Of a DNA stretch of 39,878 bases, positions 32,730-39,878 are shown piece by piece (the first letter of the stretch is position 1; every line of letters starts with the position of its first letter). The DNA lies in assembly GCA_000388065.2 (NCBI GenBank), contig KB932202.1, one strand, 5' to 3'. Both the position numbers and the translations under genes were made by a program. The notes under the pieces were generated by a model. The model made no database searches, was not told where the DNA came from, and saw nothing but the letters and a program-made list of their open reading frames with translations. Origin of the DNA: Fonticula alba ATCC 38817. Its lineage: Eukaryota; Protista; Nucleariida.

Positions 32730-33638
32730 CGCACGCGCAGGCACCTCGGGCTCCATCTCCCTGGACAAGTCCTCCTCCGGTGCGCTGCAAACCCTCCTCA
32801 GCATGGCCACGAGCCAGTTCCTCAGCCAGCAAATGCGCGTGGCGCCGGGCAGGGCCGATGGCGAAGGCGTGGCCGCGGTCACGACCACCCACCTTCGCCA
32901 CCTGCTGCTGCGCAGTGACAGAGTGTCTGAGAGCAACCATGTAGACGAGCGCCACTCCGCCGCACACTCCACCGGCCTGCTGGACCTGGTGGTGGTGGCG
33001 GCGAATGGCGCGGCCGGCGGTGCCGCCGGTCAGCAGCAGCAGCAGCAGCCGAAGCAGCACCTGCCGCGGCAGTCCCCCCAGGTGCCCCTGACCCGGCCTG
33101 GGCTCGACACACCGCCCCTGAGCCGTGTGCCCACGGCCGAGGCCCTGCCGGCGGCCGTGGTCCTGCCAGCCGCCAGCAACCCGGCCGACGCCACTGGCGA
33201 CCTGCTTCTCGGGGCCCTGACGCCCACGTCGCAGAGTGTGTCGCCCCCCGGGTCGGACGGGCCGCTCTCGGACTTGGTGACCCTCATCCGGCCCCAGTGG
33301 GCCGGGGGCGGGGCTGCCGGCGGTGAGGCCGGCGCCGCGCAGCACCACCGCCACCATCACTCGCAGATGGGGGGGCCGGCCGCGTTCCAGCCGCAGCAGC
33401 AGCCGTGTCCCAGCAGCCCGGCGGCGGCACCCCTGTCCGCTCGCAACCTCGGCTTTGGCACCGCCGGGCCGGGCGGCTGGCACCCGGGGTCTCTTGCGAA
33501 TGTGCAGCAGACGCAGTTTGTCCAGCAGATGCCCTTCTCAGCAGTCCCCCAGCCGCAGCGGCAGCAGCAGCAGCAGCAGCAGCAGCAGGTCCAGCTCGCC
33601 GCGCAGCAGACGCAGTTTGTCTCGCAGCCCGTGCAGCT

Positions 33639-33669
<31 letters not shown>

Positions 33670-33990
33670 TCCTTTTCCCTCAGCCAGCAGCCGGCAGCTG
33701 CCTCGGCGATGCAGACGCAGCCCCAGGTTTCGGTTCCCCTGCTCCTGTCGCCGGCGGACCTGGCCCTGCTGAAGCCGTGTCTCATGGCGGCGGCGGCGGC
33801 GGCGGCGGCGGGGGCCACCGCGGCTGCCCCGGCGCGCGACCTGGCGACTTCGCCCCTGGTGGCGCATCTGGCCGTCTCGCCGGAGCTGGGCCTCCTGCGC
33901 CTTGGGGCCGCCGCCGCCGCCGCCGCCGCTCCCGGCATGGCCCCCCTCCCCCGAGGCGGCGGCTTTGTTGCCCTGCCTGGGGACATGTGA
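28150..33990 (+). CDS. Three-finger C2H2/C2H2/C2HC zinc-finger protein (probable transcription factor) with polyQ/polyA/polyG/His tracts, ~1,817 aa; exons 28150-28243, 28458-32567, 32741-33990
   Basis: Introns GTATGT..CAG (phase 1) and GTACGT..CAG (phase 1) join the ORFs in frame (5,454 nt including the stop). Finger 1 is CPVPEC-x12-H-x4-H. Finger 2 is CLFC...KRFKLLSHLQRH. Finger 3 is CRC-x12-H-x5-C. The start codon is not confirmed, since an upstream acceptor (AAGCAG at 28143-28148) could add exons. Confidence 0.8.
29477..30196 (+). other. Zinc-finger array (3 fingers, finger 2 interrupted)
   Basis: Cys codons at 29477, 29492, 29570 and 29579; His at 30098 and 30110; final Cys at 30194. Linkers are H-x7-C (finger 1 to 2) and H-x6-C (finger 2 to 3). 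Confidence 0.8.
32637..32728 (+). repeat. ~92-nt poly-C homopolymer inside intron 32568-32740
   Basis: It lies between a GCTAAC branch (32623-32628) and the CAG acceptor (32738-32740). The exact length is unreliable in short-read assemblies. Confidence 0.85.
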
Positions 33991-35385
33991 AATGCGGCCA
34001 GCGAGTCTGTCGGCTTTGTTTGCGTTCCGGCCCCCGGGGTGGTCCCGGGGCGCTAGAATGCGCACGCCCTCCCGGCATCCCCCCCCCCCGTCCCTCTGCC
34101 CCCCAGTGCTGTGTGCATGTGCGAGGAGCTCCCCCCCTCTGTCGGAGGAGGGGCGTGTCTGTGTATGTGTGTGTCAGTGTGTGCATGTGCATGCGCGTGC
34201 GCGAGCCAGGCAGATGGCGAGACCCAGAAAGAGGGGCCGCCACGTGTGTTCCCACCAGTTCCCCAAGGGGATGATGCGGCAGGTCCCTCGAGCGCGCGCG
34301 CGCGCTGCCCACATGTGCTCGCTTGCACAGGTGGGCGTTCCTTTTGTTTACATTCTGTCCTCCGCATACTGATGGAGGCGGAGGAGGCGAGAGCGAGAGA
34401 CCATGCTCCGGTGGAGCGGGTGCTTCGCCCTCGGGTCCTCATTCTCCTCCTCCCTTGCCAGATGTGTGCTTGCCCATTAGAGACTAGTCCCAAGAGAGCG
34501 AAAGTGCATCGTGGTGCCGGCAGCCATTGGGCGCGCGCCCTGTATGTGTTTGCGTTTGCGTTTGCGTTTGCGTTTGTATTTATGCTTGTGCTTGTGCCTG
34601 TGCCTGTGCCTGTGCTTGTGTGTGTGTGTGTGTCTGCTGGAGCCCTGTCATGCCGCTCGAAGATGCCTGTCCCGGCCCCGCGGCAGGACCGCAGCCGGGG
34701 AGATAGGGCCGGCCGAAGAGGCCCCGGCAAAAGGGACCTTGGGCGGGAGACTAGACATGGGCCCGAGGGGAGCCACCGCTAGAGCTGCGCAGAGTGACAG
34801 AGAGAGAGAGGGGGGGGGGGGGAGGGGAGGGGGGAGGGGCGAGGACGGGGGGCATCATTCGGGCGAGGGCGCCGACAGAGCCGAGACGCGGGAACCCACC
34901 TGCCTTTCGGCCTGCCTCTCTCTCTCTCTCTCTCTTTCCCCCGCATGCGGGCTTTTGGCTTGGGGATGGCTCGCCGCACCTCCGGCGGCGAGCCCCCGCC
35001 CTGTTTCAGCGCGCACGCATCGCGCATCCCCACCCACGCGCATCCCCTTGACAGCGGGCACGCATGCCAAAAGGGCCCCTCCTGCTCCTGGACTGACGCC
35101 CCNNNNNNNNNNNNNNNNNNNNNNNNNNNNNNNNNNNNNNNNNNNNNNNNNNNNNNNNNNNNNNNNNNNNNNNNNNNNNNNNNNNNNNNNNNNNNNNNNN
35201 NNNNNNNNNNNNNNNNNNNNNNNNNNNNNNNNNNNNNNNNNNNNNNNNNNNNNNNNNNNNNNNNNNNCCCCCCCCCGACAGAAGACACCCAGCTGGCGGA
35301 CCCCGGCACGCCCGTGTCGCAGCCCACCGGGGGGGCCCAGCAGGCGGCCCACCTCCTTCGCCCCCGGAGCAGCCTCACCCCCGCC

Positions 35386-36396
35386 ATGGCGGCACTCAAC
35401 TGGAACCCCTCCCGATCGAACAGCAGCGACTCGCCGGTGGTGGCCGCCGCCAGCGGACCGATCTCCCCCTTCCTGGCCAACCAGGAGCTCTTTTCGGCCG
35501 CGGCCGCGGCCGTGGCCGCCGGCGGGCCCACTGCCCCTGCGCCCAGCTCCTCCGACGACCTGAGCGCCATGTCGAAGGTGTATGCCTCGCCGAAGCAGGG
35601 CGGCCTCGGCTCAGCCGAGCCCGCCGGCGGCAAGACCCCACTCCTCCGCGGTACGCCTCCTTCCCTCCTGGCAGCCAATCATGTCTGCACCCAAACGCCG
35701 CACACACACACACACACACATGCATGTGTTTTTATGCGCATGAGATCGGGCGATCGAGGGAACCCGGATTCCCCACCCGCCCATGTGCAGACACGCGAGA
35801 CTGACACACGACGACCATCCGCGTGGTTCCCGTACCCGGGGGGGGGGACAGCAGATTACACCGCTCGCGGCAGCAAGCTCACGCACTCCAACTCGATGGA
35901 CGAGTTGGTGGACCCGGCCACCGGGCGCCCCGGCTCGCCGGCGCCCCCGGCCACCCCGACCGATGCCAAGCTCACGGTCATCGGCCGGCCGGAGCGCGTG
36001 TCCTCAAGCACCACCGCCGTGCCCATTGACTACTACTACTCCTCCTCCCCGTCGCCGGCCCCCTCCGACGCCAGCAATGCCCACCGCGCCACCGGGCCCG
36101 GCGGCCCCTCCGGCGGCGGGCACTTGCCGGGGGGGGCCGCCCAGCGCGGCGACACGCCAGGCTCTTCGGACGCCGGCCGGCACCCGGCCGACGACCCGCG
36201 CGCCCCGTCACCAGGCGGCGCATCGCGCCCCGGCCCCCATCACCACTACCCCTACCCCCAGCCATACCACCCCCAGTCGTCGCCCTACCAGCAGCCCCAG
36301 CCACACTACCACCACCCCCCCGGGCCCGGCACGCACCGGGACCTGGGCCCGGCCCCGTCGCCCACCTCGCGGCCCCACCCGGGCACCCCCTACCAC

Positions 36397-36428
<32 letters not shown>

Positions 36429-36599
36429 CGAGTCGACCGACGGCCCGGGCTACCAGCCCCAGGAGCAGCCCTGGCATGGGCCCCCCTCGGCGCAGCCGCC
36501 CGCCTCGCCGTCCTTCTTCTCGGCGCATGCTCGACCGGCGGACGAGCAGCAGGCTCGCGGGGCCGCAGCCGGCACCGGCCCCGGCCACCACCACTACCC

Positions 36600-36632
<33 letters not shown>

Positions 36633-37046
36633 CCAACAGCAGCAGCCGTCGCATGGGGGCCGCGGCGCCGCCGGCCTCCCGGCGCCAGGCACCAGCTACG
36701 ACGCGGACTCGCCCTACTCGTCCAGCAACACCCCCACCACCACCGCCGCCGGCGCCACATCCGCCGGCGGGGGGGCAGCCTCCGGCCACGCCTTCAGCCC
36801 CTCGGCCACTGGCAGCCATGCCTCGGTCCACTACCATGCCGCCGGCCCGGACGGCCCGGCCCACTACCACCACCAGCCGGACGACGGGAAGCAGCCGAGT
36901 GCTGCCGGCGGTACGGTCGACAAGTACCCCGGGCCACCGGCCGCCCTTGACGCCGGCCAGCAGCACCCCCCGGCCCCAGGGTCGCCGGACATGGCCGACA
37001 TGGTGGGCGTCGTGTCCAATGCCTCCCCGGCCCCGGCCACCGAGGC

Positions 37047-37092
<46 letters not shown>

Positions 37093-38330
37093 ACCACCAC
37101 CACCACCACCACCACCGCCACCGGCCCCAAGGCCGCCTACCTCCAGTCCACCCCCCCACAGCCGGCAGCCCACTACATGTCGAGCGGCGCGGCGCCGGCA
37201 TCGGCCGGCTCCGGCGCCCCGCACCACCACGCCTATGGCGCTGTGGCCCCGGGCGCCGGGTCGTCGTCCCCCTCGCCCGGGCCCGGCATGCCGACGGGCC
37301 TCGGGGCCGGTGTCGAGCGCGCGCGCAACACCACCCTCCACCACCACCACCACCACCACCACCATGCGGGCGGGTCCTCCGTCCACGCGCGCAAGGTCGA
37401 CCAGGTACGCGCCGGCCGCCACAGGCCGCCACCGTGCGCGCATGTGCACGCCCACACGAAGCCCTAACACACCCGACCCCCTCGCACCCCCTCTGTGCCG
37501 GATCCGGTGCGCATGTGCGCCAAAATGACACCGGCGCGTGCGTGCATGCGTGCCTGCGCGGTGGTGGCGGGGGCCATGCACGCGGACAGCTTCCCAGCCT
37601 GTACCGGGATGCCAGCCCGCTGCTGGGCGCGCACCATGGCGGCCCCGGCGTGGGCGCCGGCCACCATGGCATGAGCCCACTGGCCTCGCCGACCGGCTCG
37701 GCCGGGCCAAGTGCCGGCCCCGGCCCCGGCGGGTCGGCCTTCTTCCCAGGGTCGGTGTTCGGCGGGGACCCGGTCGGCGGGTCGCCGCTGATGGGCCCGG
37801 CCGGCCCCGGCCCCGGCGGCCCCTCCGGCGGGCCCATCGGCGGCGATGGCGGGCACCCCGACGGGCGCCTGCTCCCGGGCGACGACTCGGACATGCTGCT
37901 GCTCGGTGGGCACCACCATCAGCAGCAGCACCACCACCACCACCATGGAGGGGGGGGGCACCACCACCACCACCACCACCAGCAGCAGCACCACCACCAC
38001 CACGACGGGCATCATCACGGCCACCACCACCACGACGGGCATCAGCACGGCCACCATGGGGGGCACCACCACCACCAGCACCACCACCACCATGACCGTG
38101 TGGTCGCGGACGCATATGGCCCGGGCCCCGGCCCCGGCCCCGGCGCCTACGACGACATGCAGTCCATGATCCATGGCAACGGCAGTGCCATCATGCTGGT
38201 CGATGGCATGGACTTCCTTGAGCCCATCGGGGGGCCTGGCGCCGCCGGTGGGGGGGGCCCCTCCGTCGGCGGCCCGGGCGGCTACCACCCCGAGGACGGC
38301 ACCCTCACCTCGGAGGTGGACAACATGTGA
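35386..38330 (+). CDS. Hypothetical, largely disordered Pro/Gln/His/Gly-rich protein, ~851 aa; exons 35386-35650, 35852(or 35855)-37404, 37590-38330
   Basis: GC3-biased ORFs are joined by GTACGC..CAG introns in matching phase, each with a CTRAC branch-like motif. ATG 35386 has ccgccATGg context. An acceptor at 35279-35281 after gap 35103-35267 means a 5' UTR intron or a further upstream coding exon is possible. The terminal AT|GTGAGG could also be a donor. No known domain is recognised. Confidence 0.62.
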
Positions 38331-39745
38331 GGCCTCCGGGCGACGTGTCGTGCATCGGCCGCGCGCGCGCGCGCGCGCATATCCGAGCGCGCGTCCGTGT
38401 AGCCGCTCGTTCCCAAGGCATGTGTGCCCCCCCCCCCCCCCCCGGCGGGGGCGGCGACGCGCCGATAGAGACGCCCGTGCCGGGGGAGAACGGCCCGCCG
38501 GGGGAAAGACCACCGGACGAGAGAAGGGTCGGGAGGGAGGCCGAGCAAGAGAGAGAGAGAGAGAGAGAACGCGAGGCGAGATTCTCGAGCGGGGCCACGC
38601 GCGCGCGTCCGCACACTTTTACGCCCCATAGAGAAGGAGCGCGAACGTGTGGTACCCGCTAGAACAGGCCCAAAGAGGACCCGGCCCCGCACAGCCATCC
38701 GAACACCCCATGTACGGGGCACGGCGAGGGGAGAAAGAGCCTTCACGAGCTGCCCCCTGCCCTGATGCTGCCACCGCTGAGAAGAGCACGCTTGCCCTCG
38801 GTGTGTGTGTGTGTGTGTGTATGTATGTGCGCGCGCGCGCGCGCGCGCGCGTGAGTGAGTGTGGATGTGGGTGTGCCCTGTGCAAACATCATCTTTATCC
38901 GCAGGAGCCCGGCATAGCGGCGAGCGCATGCACGCAGCGCGCCCCACAAGCCCAAACACCCATCTGCCCCGAGCGCGCAGGGGCGCAATGAAAGGATAAT
39001 AGAAAGAGCCTCTCATCTGGGCCGTGTCACAGCGCCCGCCTCGATCGTTCGCGCCCACGCGGGGGGACAGCGGGGGCAGGGATGACGAGAGGGGCCGGGA
39101 ACAGCGGGAAGAGGGCGCGCGGCAGCTCGAGCGACAACAAGCATGAGAGCACGGGGCCGACAGCGAGGCAGCGCGACAGATGCAGCATCCGAGCCGCCGA
39201 CGTGCGATTTTGTGGACGCATGCCCAATGGTGGGCGTGCGTGCATATGACACGCACAGCACACAGGGAGGTACGCACCGGGCGAGGCGGATGATGCTCCG
39301 CGCCAGGGCTCCGCAGAGTGGCCAGCAGGGTGCTCCAGAGCGCGAGCCCATTCGTGTGGGAGCCAGGCTGCGGCCAGTGCCGCGCCAACGCACGCACAGA
39401 GGGCACCACCCCCATATAGGTGCAGGACCGGCCGGCGGCGGAGATTCGGCGAGGGGGGGTTGGCCGCGCTGCGGCCCCGGTCGACGCCCGGACGCCGGGC
39501 GCCAGGCCCACCGGCATCCGGCCGGCGGCAAAACACCAGGGCCGTGTTCATGGACGCGCAACCGCCCGGCCGCCGAGTGGCAAGGGGCGAACGGAGCGAT
39601 TGCCGGCAGGGGGTGGGGGCGATGCCGTGTCCGGCGCCCCAGCTGCAGCCCGACCGCTGTCGGCGGAGCAACCCAATTAAAAGGTCTTCCCGCGCCGCGA
39701 GTTGCACGTAAATGTCCGCGCGCCTACACATGAAGCGAGACCGAG

Positions 39746-39782
<37 letters not shown>

Positions 39783-39845
39783 GAGTTAGATCGAGAACGA
39801 GCAAACGAGAGTTAAAGCGAGAACGAGAGAGCGAGAGACAGGGGA

Positions 39846-39878
<33 letters not shown>

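Noticed and set aside
32572-32944. Poly-proline (formin/WASP-like) stretch in the ORF track
   Set aside because: It is read-through of the poly-C intron 32568-32740, which has a good donor, branch and acceptor.
39731-39878. Degenerate GAGA/GAGAAC repeat at the window end as a telomere or satellite
   Set aside because: There is no fixed telomeric unit. It is an imperfect (GA)n microsatellite like others in the window.
1-39878. rRNA, tRNA, snRNA, transposase/reverse-transcriptase genes or a non-standard genetic code
   Set aside because: No such motifs were recognised by eye. All gene models translate under the standard code with TGA stops. Small ncRNAs cannot be excluded without an Infernal or tRNAscan search.

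Overview
This is a gapped draft-assembly window (9 N-gaps) from a very GC-rich, intron-containing microbial eukaryote, with (CA)n, (GA)n and poly-C/G microsatellites in introns and intergenic DNA. The style suggests a Fonticula-like holomycotan or a similar protist; that is inference and was not verified. Five protein-coding genes can be built by hand from GT-AG introns. (1) A very large MAST/Greatwall/Rim15/IRE-family AGC kinase on the minus strand (<71 to >8726). Both ends are missing, and it carries a ~1,500-aa low-complexity insert plus a ~108-aa acidic insert in the kinase C-lobe. (2) A single-exon two-TM protein resembling the lumenal domains of plant APD1-4 ligases but lacking the RING (12028-13287). 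(3) A 127-aa Tvp15/COPI-associated-type membrane protein (16474-17222). (4) A ~1,817-aa polyQ/polyA-rich three-finger zinc-finger protein whose middle finger is split by ~160 aa (28150-33990). (5) A ~850-aa disordered P/Q/H-rich orphan (35386-38330). About 11 kb (17.2-28.1 kb) has no convincing CDS but contains splice-like signals. A 188-bp tandem duplication at 15.2-15.5 kb is an assembly artefact containing an Illumina adapter. There are no rRNA, tRNA, CRISPR or recognisable transposase genes. I found no clear new multi-gene system. The best leads are the split zinc finger, the giant kinase inserts, the RING-less APD-like protein, and the splice signals (13 of 14 donors have +4C; candidate branch points lie up to ~120 nt from the acceptor). 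All domain assignments are from memory of the families, not from database searches.
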